62,000 nt of DNA. It comes from Wallemia ichthyophaga EXF-994 (Eukaryota; Fungi; Basidiomycota). Positions 1-10,332 of this stretch are shown piece after piece. The position numbers were made by a program, and so were the translations under genes. The DNA lies in the NCBI RefSeq assembly GCF_000400465.1, contig NW_008806276.1, forward strand, positions 1-62,000, read 5' to 3'. Within the stretch, counting starts at the first letter, position 1; each line of letters begins with the position of its first letter. Under the pieces are notes generated by a model that was not told the origin of the DNA, ran no database searches, and saw only the letters and a program-made list of their open reading frames with translations.

Positions 1-12
1 TGTTCACCTAAC

Positions 13-1513
13 CTAACCTTCTTTTTCACCGATTGCCAGACTAATATAAGCATCAATATGTCCATAAATCTTTCCGTTGTTTCTGTCTACAAATTGTTTG
101 TCAACAAAATCTGAGCTTGCTCCCGTATCTACAAGTCCTCTTGTTTCTTCTCCATTTATTCTAACTGGTGTTGTGATCATCTTGTCCTCCGGAGTGTCTA
201 CGTCTACTCCGGTCAGGGTTTCTCTAATTGTTCCTGTTCTCCTCATATGAGGGCATTGACGACGAAAATGTCCTGTTCTTCCACAACCGTAACATTGTAC
301 GTTACTCATTCTGTTGGCCTTCGTTGCGTTGAGGTCCATTGGGATCACCTCGTCTTGCTTTCTGTTAGGTGACGAGACCACGCCTTAAGCATTACCCCTT
401 TACTTACAGATTACTTCCCACATTTCCCAATTCAGCCTCAGACCGCCGCCCTGCCGGCTTAGCCTCCGATACTTCACACGGCACACATATAAAAGCCTCA
501 CTACTTTTCTATTGTATCTTAACGAATTACATTCACTTCTATCTATCTGTTTAGCTGTGTACAAAGCCATTCCTCATAACCTAAGCTAAGACAAGCCCAA
601 ACCTTAACACTTTCGATGTTGCGGTGGTGGTGGTGGCACAAAATAACCGAAATTTCTTTGTCCCTGGTTTCTCTGTAAACCTTGATTGCTTCGTATGAAT
701 GTTTCCTCGAAGTCAGTTGCATAACGATAGGCTTCTTCGAGTGTTTTGGGGTATTTTCCTAGTACACTGTCTTCTGTCTTTGGTTTGAGTGCTCTTGCAA
801 AGTTGTAAATTTCTAAATTCTCAGGCATAAGTGTGTCATGTGGTAGGATTGTACGTAGTTTTATATGCTTCTGGATGAGTTCATATACCGAATGTGTTTG
901 CTTTAAGTTCATGTATTGTCTAATCAAACTACGTTCCTCTGCAGGGTTGCTAAAAGTCTTCAACAAGATTTCCTTGAAGTCATTCCATGGTGGTAAATCT
1001 TCTCCGTTCGTTTTTTTGGTATTGCAGGTACCAAAGTTGGGCATGTTCTGTTAATAGACTAGTTGCAAATTCACTTTTTTCTTCTTCAGTGGCTCTAACG
1101 CTTTTGAAATAAGTGTTTAATTGATTAAGCCATGCTACTGTCTTTATTGAGTCTAATTCTCCTTCAAATGGTTGTGGCTTAATTGGTTCAATTTTTAGGG
1201 TGGTTTCGTTCTTTAACTTGATTCGGTCTCTTTCTTCTTGTCTAGCTTTCTCAATTGCTTGGTCTCTTTCTTTTTCTGCCCATAATGCCGAATATCTGGC
1301 CTCGAAGCTGTTTCTTTCGTTTGCTTGGTCTCTTACTTTTTCTTCCCATAATGCTTGGAAAGCTCTTTCTCTTTCTTCTTGTTCGATTTTACTGGTAACT
1401 CTCTCGTTTTCTACCGCTTGCTTGATAGCATCATTGATTTGTTCGTGAAGTGTAGTGATTTTACTCAAATCCATTCCTGCTACTTGTTCTGCTATCTCTT
1501 GATGTTCTGACAT
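13..1513 (-). pseudogene. gag-protease reading frame broken by a +1 frameshift (T7 run 1011-1017), a solo-LTR insertion (363-609) and a stop at 13-15
   Basis: Removing one A from the A7 run gives ...LQYQKTNGEDLPPW... Removing 363-609 plus one TSD gives ...PPQHRKQDEVIPMDLN... in frame. Confidence 0.85.
363..609 (+). mobile_element. Solo LTR (247 bp) nested in gag
   Basis: Termini TGTTAGG...CCTTAACA, flanked by the direct repeat CTTTC at 358-362 and 610-614. A TATAAAAG at 488-495 suggests + orientation. Excision restores the host frame. Confidence 0.9.
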
Positions 1514-1586
1514 TTCTCTTCAGTTCTTTTTTACCTGACTGGCTAATACTTGCTCTCAAAATACTTGCTTTTATTTAACTGGCGAA

Positions 1587-1593
1587 GCTACCA
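1587..1593 (-). promoter_or_regulatory. Primer-binding site complementary to the 3' end of initiator tRNA-Met
   Basis: The minus strand reads ...TTTACA-gt-TGGTAGC. TGGTAGC is complementary to the GCUACCA end of tRNAi-Met and sits 2 nt after the LTR-terminal CA. Confidence 0.75.
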
Positions 1594-1595
1594 AC

Positions 1596-1864
1596 TGTAA
1601 ACGTCTTGATCTTTGTGAGGTGAAACTGCACACAAAGAGCAAGGCGCTGAGATTAATAAAAGAATTAAGTCTAAGATGTATCAAAAGAAAAAGTAGTCGT
1701 TTAAATAGTTTAGAATTCTAGGTTTTATTCCCATTGTCTCGTTATCTTCATTGTCCTCGTGCATAATCATGCATAATCTTCATTGTTCTTTATTCTCATT
1801 GTTCTCATAGCGACCATGATGTCATGTTACCTGTTCCTGCATCTTGCCCGCTGTATTACCTACA
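1596..1864 (-). repeat. 5' LTR of the Ty3/Gypsy element (~269 bp)
   Basis: The inner edge is fixed by the PBS (TGTAAAC at 1596 on +). The outer edge is inferred from the matching terminal ...CCTACA at 1864 (TGTA...TACA inverted termini). The second LTR is outside the window, so the outer edge is less certain. Confidence 0.65.
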
Positions 1865-1886
1865 AAGGCAGGGGCACATCCTTATA

Positions 1887-1973
1887 GCTCCCGTGGTCCA
1901 GTGGTTAAGATGTCGCTCTTATATGAAATCTATCGTATAGCGAAGGTCGGGAGTTCGAACCTCTCCGGGAGCA
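1887..1973 (+). tRNA. tRNA-Ile(TAT) with ~14-nt intron (1924-1937)
   Basis: Acceptor stem GCTCCCG/CGGGAGC, D-loop AGTGGTTA, anticodon stem TCGCT/AGCGA, anticodon TAT at 1920-1922 and T-arm GGGAG-TTCGAAC-CTCTC, followed by a T5 terminator at 1976-1980. Confidence 0.93.
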
Positions 1974-4089
1974 ACTTTTTGTTATTATTTTGAATGTTTC
2001 ATTTCAAATGCCTTATATAATCGGAAAGGGCGCCTGAAATGAGAGATTTTTAAACCCGAGATATACTGCTAGACAATTTTGCGTCGCTGAGCTCATTTGT
2101 CAAAGTAATTGTAAGTTTCGATAGGTTGCTGTTCCTGAAAGGGTGCTATGATAGAATTAAAAACTACAAAATGGGGAATTAGGGGAATCTCAAAATGACG
2201 TAGCAGATTTATCGATCTCTGTTCATCTTTTGTCAATTGCAATTTACAGCAAACTATGCTTCGTCTTCAGAGTGAGTATTGGGATACCTTACTTTGTTTT
2301 TTAGTGGCTTCTCTCTCGTGCGACAAGACTCAGCTAGTTTAGACACCTTCGGAGACCTTTGGGTTACCGCTGAATTATGTTAACTTTGCTGACAAACCGT
2401 CAATTGTCCTCGAATTCAGTGAAAAAGGCCCTTGACTTATATTTATGTAATATAGTAAGGCTCATTTCAAGCCATATCTCCCCCGGGATTGATTCTCATC
2501 CATAGGCACGTTCAACCGGATCTTGCTTCCAGACGACTTGCAATTCACCGATTTGAATGCTTGTGCTGTTCTGAAATATATTCCTTTGTATACAAGACGC
2601 CTTCTATAATTAATTAATTCGCGTATCACTGACTCGTGCACTGTGACCACCACCTAGTATCATAGAGCGGCTGACCAATGCCACAGACGAACGAAAAAAG
2701 AGCGATTGTATTGGGATTTGGTGTATGAATCTTAAAGATATCTTGGCTCTTGGCACTCACCACTTCATAATAACCTTCGAGGTTACAGAAGCTGCTCAAC
2801 ACCAAGACGCTTGAAATCAATATCGAAAATTACGCACTTGGATAATACAGGAGATACAGTGTGTATATACGTGCTTAGTTACAAAGTCACAAAATTGGTC
2901 GTGTTAAGAAACAAACTGAAGCGCGGGATAAATACAGTACCTACCCACTCCCGTTTCAATGATCCAATGGACTTAGTTCCAAAATTCCCTGCGACTGCCA
3001 TTCTTACGAGGAAAAGATATCCAAAGCGGATGACAGACAGTCATAAGGAAATAGCAACAATCCATCATCACGATTCTATAATTAGGAAAATAAGTAGGAA
3101 CAAAGGCAAATTATTTACTCAAGTCCCACAACTTCCAATCACACACTGTATCGCGGACTCAATCAAAATCCAGTTGCAGTATCAAAAGCAGAGGCAACAC
3201 GACGAACACCAGGATTCATACGCGCGCTAAACAGTCAAAAGTCTGAACACCACCGTGATCATCATCCTATTCTTCCTAAATCGTCACGTTCAGCGTACAG
3301 GTAGGCCATCCAGAAGCTTCATTACCGATGAGCACAAGCGTAAAACAGAGCTAACGTGGGCATTCGTTTTGCAGCTGATGCCAAGAATTTTATTTTTGGA
3401 GCTTCAACTCCTCTGATAGCCAGTCTTAACAGCCGTGGCAGCCGTAGAAAATCAACGCCTGCAATAATAACTGAATCTGTTTAAAATGATTGTAAGGGAT
3501 TTTTATTTCAGCCAAAAATTACAGTATAAATGCGTGATATTAACATTTAAAGAAAAAAGAAATTTATGATTACTTCTCGAGGCTGAACTGAGAAGTAGGA
3601 CCGCCTGGCAAGGCCTTTAGAACAAAGGTTGGGGCATCAGATCTGAGAATGGAAAGTTCAAGAATCTCAATGATGCCTTTCCGTTCTGACAATCTATCTT
3701 GATCAAATTCGGCCAGGAGTGAAGCATATTTGCTAACATCTTTCCTGTCAGCTATTACGAGCACGTCTGGCTTCTTTCATGTTGCTTTCTCTCAAAAAGG
3801 TTGGAAGTGATTTTGTACAGGTTCCCTGACAGAGTCAAATATGTTTTGGGGAAATAAACATACCAGAAGTAGAACGTATGACGCATACTTCGGTCAGCAG
3901 CTTAGGGCATTTTGAGGCACTTCTTGTGAATGAAAAAAGGCGCTTCTCTGCAGTTTGCGGTTTGTCTCCCTAGTTTCCTTCATCTAGAGCAGTCCAAGAG
4001 CTGAGATACGTTTATCTTCGAGCTTACCTTTCTCTAAAACTACGTTGATGATTCGCGCTACTTAATCTCCAAATTCCTCTCTAACCAAA

Positions 4090-4810
4090 CTGTCGACCAG
4101 AGATCTTTTGATACGAGCGCAAATGGTCTCATCGCAAACTTGGTATTCTTCACTGGTGCTAGCTTTTTGCAAAGATCTGTTCGAAGCTCCGGGCGGTCCA
4201 GGGAAGTCTTGCGATGACTTTATTGGTGAAACAGGTACCGATTATACATCGGTCTGTCAAGTGCTCGTCAACTCTCTTAACCAGCATCTTCGCGATATGT
4301 CTTGCCAGGAGAATATCGTGACTGCCCACATTCTGAGGTCAGCGTCCTATTACTAAAAGAGGATCGATACAATTCTAGCTAATTCTGAGGTCAATGAGGT
4401 AAGTGCTTGGTGGTACTGTTGGTGGAGATATCGATGATGTTAGCATTGCCCTGAACGAGGCACAAAGTCAGAAAATGCCTCAAGGTAAGTTAGAGGCTAT
4501 CAAGACTGTTTAGACAAAGATTATGCATGTTACCGCGCTTTTCGAACGACACGATGGTTCTTTACTTGAGGCAATGCGTCATGGCTATCTGCTCTTGATG
4601 GTTGAGATATCGTTTTAGATTAAGGTGAAGCGATTGAAACCTTTTCTGTAGCCATTCCGCTCGTTAATTTTAGCTGATAGGGGTGGTAAGTATGTTTAGC
4701 AGCTGCAAGTCACAGCCTCAGATAGATTCCAAGTCATCGTTACCATTAACCCAGGTGGTGATTTCGATAACAAGGAGTTGTCGCTGCTCTTCTTAAACGT
4801 TAAATGCTAA
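4090..4810 (+). pseudogene. MDN1: Degenerate midasin (MDN1/REA1) AAA-module fragment
   Basis: Decayed Walker A region FIGETGTDYTSVCQVL (cf. LVGETGCGKTTICQLL). One frame at 4555-4810 reads DGSLLEAMRHGYLLLMVEISF*..RLKPFL*PFRSLILADRGG..VTASDRFQVIVTINPGGDFDNKELS (cf. DGPLIQAMRTGNFFLLDEISLA..RLNSVLEPERSLLLAE..VTASENFQFFATMNPGGDYGKKELS), with three in-frame stops. Weaker similarity may extend back to ~3400. Confidence 0.75.
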
Positions 4811-5049
4811 GAGACTTGAATTGATAAAAGTGTTTGATAGACTTGGATAGACTTGGCAAGGACGCTAATGGTGTCTTTGGTGGTTGCGGTGATAACTGCG
4901 GGTCATTTCGGTGAGCACATCCTTGTCTCCGGCTACATCTACGCGACCGACAGACACTCTGATCGTGCGAACGTACTTGCCTCTAATGACTTTAATTCCA
5001 TCCTCATTTCAGTACACAGGTTGTGTATGTGTTTTTTTTTTAAAAAAAA

Positions 5050-6750
5050 AAAGAGTGTTTAGTGCAGAGAATATATTCTCTATTTGAACAGATGTATATT
5101 GCGCCATAGATGACAAATGTTATCTCTAACTCATTCGGACTGCTATAGGGTGCTGAAGGTCTCAAGAAACTTAAGAATCTATGGCTAAATGATTATGGTG
5201 AAATATATTGCTGAATAGTGTGAATTTACGTGCCGTTATCCTCGACATGGTTAAGGCCTACGCTGTCTTGCCCAAGGTGTCTCATTAGCATTTGAGACGC
5301 GCTGGGTGCCTTGAAAGACTTTTAAACATACGAAACAACGAGTAAACATAGCACATAGCACAAAACAAATCGTTGCAGATACACTAAACCTCTACACCTT
5401 ATACATATCGGTTAAATAAAGCATATTTCTCGCATGAACCCTTCTAGACAAGTGTTTTAATCGGAGACAGTGGAGACAAAAGTGGGGTTTATATCCTCGA
5501 ACCCAACTTGAACCCAAACTAATCAAATAATATTTAGTTTTTGCTGTAACGCTTGAAATAAGGATGTAGCTAGCTTCTTCAAATTCGTCACATGATTCAT
5601 AACCACCATCTCTCACAAATGACACAATTCGATATGTCCAACCTGCCAAGTGGTAATAACAAATAGGATGCCGAATTTAAATGGTTGGGGCACTATCATC
5701 GTCAAGATACAATCATCCAGTGTTTGTAAAACGTTCGCGCAATATTTAAATGATAGATGTTCATTTTTCTCAACTTATCCCCAAACGTTTTACCTATATA
5801 TTTGTTCCCTTAGCTTTTTACAATCGAATGATAAAGCTGAGCACTTGAAAACAAAGGGACTGGGCTTGACTTGAAGAAATCACCTAAACCTAACCTGAGA
5901 CAAGTTGAAACACCTCAATATTGATTACGTTACATTTACCAACATGTCTAATCGAACAATCTTTAAAGCCCTCAAGAAACTTACCTACTATTTGATTTTT
6001 GTTGAAGATGTAACTATCGCAAGCTACCTTCCCAGCATTGAGTATTCGGATTTGAAAGCCTCAAGTCAAACAACTGGATCGATACCTTTTGGAGAAATTC
6101 ATTTAACCTCAAAGCTCTGAAACTATACAAGTTTGGAGTAAATTTACTGACACAGAGACAGTGGAATCCCTGCAAGGGTTGGAGATTGAAGCTCCTGGCA
6201 TGCCTGTCGCGAAAATCGGAAGTTTACCAAGCTTCTTGAGGAAAATGACTTTATTCAGGATCCTCGAAACTATACAGTGCTTTTTTAAACCCTAAAAAGC
6301 TTTCAAAGTCGAATCATTTGAAATACCTCAATCTTAAAACGTATCAATCGGATTCGTGAAGGGATTTACGACGCGAATATTCCACCACCCTTGGAGTAAT
6401 TTAGAGCGAAAACAATGTTTTATTCCAGATACGCATTTCAGCGCTTCAAATCTGCACACCTCTTTGTAAAATTAAATTAGCGTCACATCCAACATTTCTC
6501 AAAGGTTGTTCATTATATCACAGCCATACCTTTTGAAGTATTGTAGACTAAATTGTTGAACGTTAACATTTTTCTCCTTTATTAATCGGACGATTGAAAG
6601 TCATTGAACTTGAAAGAAAAAGCGATGTCGTTAAGAAAGATGCTGCACCGATTTAAGCAAGAACGCAATGAATCGCACTAAACGTCATCGTAAGTGAATT
6701 TTGTCATAGAGAAAATACAGGGCATTGCCACACGACGAAGTGTTTTCGCT
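5050..6750 (+). pseudogene. Decayed leucine-rich-repeat/F-box-like gene remnant
   Basis: Fragments such as LKKLKNLWL, LKHLNIDYVTF, LKKLTYYL and LQGLEIEA show LxxLxL spacing, interrupted by stops. Part of the region is similar to 19890-20140. Confidence 0.3.
6420..6740 (+). repeat. Diverged duplicated segment, copy 1 (partner at ~19890-20140)
   Basis: ATGCTGCACCGATTTAAGCAAGAACGCAATGAATCGCAC (6640) vs ATGCTGCATCGATTAAAGCAAGAACGCCATGAATCGCAC (20061), plus colinear upstream matches (gtcacat, atcacagc, attgtag-ctaa). Confidence 0.75.
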
Positions 6751-7692
6751 ACCGATTCAACCTTATCAATTCACTTTAGTGCATTACGCGTGGCGCGGAT
6801 GATCTTATCTCACAAAAAATCTTCATATGTAGAAGACACGTAATGACCAGAGCCAAATTAAGAAGGAAAATAACCAATATCAACATTATACTCGAATAAG
6901 AACTAATGCTCGGAAGCGCACCAGCTCTATTAACCCGCGTACCCAAAATAACTCGGTGTTTTAGCGTAACCGTGAAAATTCGAGGATCGGAAATCACCAG
7001 AAAATTGCGAAAAGAGCCTCACAGTAGAATTACTATCTCCTTCAATCGTCATAGTATCGATGGATGCACGTTGATCATGTATCGTCTTGACAAAATATTC
7101 AGACTTCATCGTGGATCGACCACCCGCAGGGTGAAAGAAGTGCGCTCTTATTTATCTCCCCGTGACTCTCGACCTCAAATTACAGACTCTTGTCAAAGTT
7201 TCGATTGGATTAGTGATGTCATGTTGTGGAGATATTTGGCCAGCGATGCTAGGAATGAGAGTGACACCAACAGGTCAATGCTATAGAGCTCAGTTCTGAT
7301 TATCTTCAAAAGAAATGTCATCCTCAAAAGAAATGAGATTTTTTGTACGAGGCAAGTGCTGTCCATAAGACGTGAAATGTGCTTGAATTGTTGAATTACT
7401 CTTACATTCCGATCATGGCGAAATTTAACCTCAAAACCCATTGTTACACACACTCTTAACCGAACGCACCGTGTCATGTTTGTGGTTGTGCGTTGGACTG
7501 TTTAGATTATCAAAAAGCAAATCAGTAAGCACTTACACGATCTCATTCTTCGCGTGTGAGTAATGAAATAAAAAGGAATTTTATTCAATCATGGATGCAA
7601 CTATTATGCGAAATATTCATGCCTAAGAGATTAAAATTCAAAGAATAAACTGTGTCTTTGAAATACAACTTGAATTAAATGTGTGATTCAAT

Positions 7693-8424
7693 TCAACACG
7701 TCAGACGGTCTACAAGATGCCGAGTTGCTTGTTGAATGACATTCTTGTTATTCTCGTAGCCAGTGTGTCCCATCTCGTCCTCATCGCATGCCTCGTTACA
7801 TATACAGTCACCCTGTTGTCATTGAGTGAGACTAAACGACTGAGAAATTTCAACTTACTCCTAGGCAGAAATCAAGAACCTTGCCGCTGTCATCGAAATT
7901 TTCAGGAATACTTTTTTCGTTAGCAGCCCCAATGCCTTTAGCATCATCACTCCCAAATCCCCCTGCGTTTGAATCCTGGTTTGGCTTTCTGTATGGATTT
8001 CCAACTAATATAACGGCTTTAATGGCATCTCTAGCTTCCGCCGACAGATTGTTACTGTTGAGGGTGTCTAGGGTGGCAGTAGCTCCTTGCGAATATCCTA
8101 AAAGCACGTAAACCTGATGTGGGCATCGCTCGAGACCGTCGTCAATGGTGGTGATGATGTCTTTAACGGCTAGTGTGGTGTTTTGGTCATCTCCTGCGGG
8201 GTATACTGTGTCGTATTCGAAGCCGTTTGGTACTTTTGCGAGTGTATTGTTGACGACATCGATGAAAGACCTCGATGGACCTTTTAGGCTGTTAGAAGAG
8301 TAACGGAGATCCAATAGTACATGCCTTGCTCCTCGCCTGTGCCTCGAGTGGAAATGAGTACGTAGTCGTTGCAGAAGGCAGTGGCAGCAGTAATGAAAGC
8401 AAAAATAACAGCTGAGAAGATCAT
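7693..8424 (-). CDS. Secreted cutinase-like enzyme (CE5), 3 exons, ~213 aa
   Basis: Signal peptide MIFSAVIFAFITAATA, then RGTGEEQGPS, nucleophile GYSQG, LVGNP, Asp in GDCIC and His in GHTGY. Exons 8424-8325, 8280-7859 and 7812-7693 total 642 nt in frame. Confidence 0.9.
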
Positions 8425-8726
8425 TGTTGATGATGAGGACTGGAATGCTGATTAGGTTGCTTTATAAATCGTGTAGAGGAACGGAATTTGAGGATCACGT
8501 GTTATTGGATGGCGTATGAGCGTTCTGCTCTAATGAATGCAGCGTCTATGCTCAGCTGGTTTAGTGATAATGAGATGGTTCAGGTGAAAGATCACTGGAC
8601 TTCTCTGATGACATTTCAGGAGGCTTAATTTTCTTTGAGTTTCGACAGGTAAACTCCTTACTGATATTTCTCATTTTTGTGATAAAGTTTGTGTAATTAG
8701 TGACAACAGAAGTGTTTTGAATTATT

Positions 8727-9433
8727 TCAAGACAATGCAAAAAATTTATTATCAAGACAAGTACTTTGTAAGTGCAGAGCCGCCTTGTGCTGCAAGTCAT
8801 TGTCAGAGCCATACCTCAGATGCACAGTGCTCTCATCTTTGGATGCGGTGGGGTCGTTGCAGACGTAGTCATCCGGGTAGCAGTAGTCCTGAGCTATTCC
8901 ACTCTCATCGAAAACTTCAGGGATCGGCTTTCTAGAAAGCGTGCTGGCCTCCCCGACTACATTATCTAAGCCCATTCCGTGAACGTTAGAGTCTTGCGTC
9001 GCTGGGTGGTATGGGTTGCCAACTAGAATGACGGCTTCAATCACATTTTTGGGGGAGTTATTGAGTTTCTCGCTGTTGAGGGTTCAGGACAGCTGTAGCT
9101 TCCTGAGAGAAGCCCAAAATTGCGTATACTTGTGCTGGAAATAACTTTAAACCCTCATTTATATTGTCGATAATGTCGTGAACAGCCAGAGTGGTGTTTT
9201 GGTTTATTTCAGCTGGTTAAAGCAAGTCATAATTAACACCATTAGGAAATTTGTCGAGCGTCTCGCTTATTATGCCAGTAAAACTCATGGATGGTCTTTT
9301 TATAGGTGTAAGCGATTAAACGAACGCCCTGCATTGATACCTGGATCCTCACCAGTACCTCTGAACGATTATAGGGCAAGCCCTGGGTTACAAAAGCCAA
9401 TAAAAAACTATTGCCCCATCAAAAATTTTTCAT
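8727..9433 (-). pseudogene. Tandem cutinase-like paralog, pseudogenised
   Basis: Colinear with 7693-8424 (RGTGEDPGPS, VILVGNPY, DYCYPDDYVC), but with a stop in the signal peptide, an in-frame TAA (DLL*PA), GFSQE in place of GYSQG and a frameshift near 9085. Confidence 0.85.
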
Positions 9434-10332
9434 GATTGCTTGGAACGTCAGATCTCCATGACATTACAATACCATTCCTTGAGATGCTAGGATTCATTCC
9501 AGCGACCGTTTTATAGGGCATTGCCAGCCCAGCTGCTTCGTAATGTCTTTTAAAAACTCAAGCACAAAAAAAGCTCCAAGATCTGTGTGCTGCATAAGTA
9601 ATGGTTTAATACTTATCCAAAGTACCCACTACTCTGCTCTTTTTAAGGCCACGATAAAGAAGTAAAAGTTTGGAATGGAGCGATTTTGTTTGGTTGAAAA
9701 TTTCCAAGTTTCACCATAATCGTTTCACGTGATTCGTATGTTGTTTGATTCACCAAACAGATTTTCTAGGCACGGTTGACGAGCAGCACATGACGAAAGT
9801 GAGTTATCTATGAGTAAATTGATGTGGATGGACAAAATCAGACGTCAAATTTGAGCGCAGCAAGTTGAACAAAAAATTCTAAGCGTTTCAACCGTTCGCC
9901 GGTCATTCCTTGTGTAATCATCTGATAAGGAACGACGGCACGGGCTGTCTCTGCCACGTACATTGCTTGGTCTCAATTGGTTAAAGTAATTACCATCTAT
10001 TGTCAAGACAAGGGAATTGTATTGATATACTTAGAACAATCCAGACGATTACCTAAAGAGCAAGGTAACTGATGCTGAGATTGAGACTCTTACAAAACAA
10101 GCTCAAGCAGTGGGGTGTTGCTATTGCGGAGCCCAAACAGTTTACGAATCTCTTGGAGAGTGTTTAATTAACCTAGGTAATTGACTCAGTCCAATCATTT
10201 GAATGGATTACCATAATCGTCTGAATGAATTACCACATTGTCATCCATTTTGACGTGGGAAGCAGTTGCGTAATTAAATCGAGTGGATAAGAAGACACAA
10301 TCTTCTTTTTTACACTCAACACACTCACATTC

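Larger units (their letters stand above)
1..1864 (-). mobile_element. Disrupted Ty3/Gypsy-type LTR retrotransposon: 5' LTR, PBS, gag and aspartic protease; RT/integrase would lie left of the window
   Basis: Minus-strand ORF pieces 980-1513, 604-1044 and 13-381 give a retrotransposon capsid-like region (LLTEHAQLWY...WNDFKEILLKTF), a CCHC knuckle (CYGCGRTGHFRRQC) and a retropepsin motif (LVDTGAS). The PBS and LTR lie upstream. Gag followed directly by protease with a DTG motif fits Ty3/Gypsy. Confidence 0.9.

Noticed and set aside
369-554. 61-aa + strand ORF and the MVSSPN start of ORF 13-381
   Set aside because: Both lie within the solo LTR and are artefacts of the insertion.
2462-3230. Short ORFs on both strands, possibly a decayed gene
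   Set aside because: No recognisable motif in any frame I translated, so I cannot support a call.
5490-5520. Two GGTTCRA strings resembling Pol III B-boxes on the minus strand
   Set aside because: They do not complete the GTTCRANNC consensus and there is no A-box or cloverleaf.
4555-9433. Possible RIP-like mutation signature in the pseudogenes
   Set aside because: Visible lesions include transversions (GAG to TAG, TAT to TAA) and indels rather than a consistent C-to-T pattern. A dinucleotide index could not be computed.
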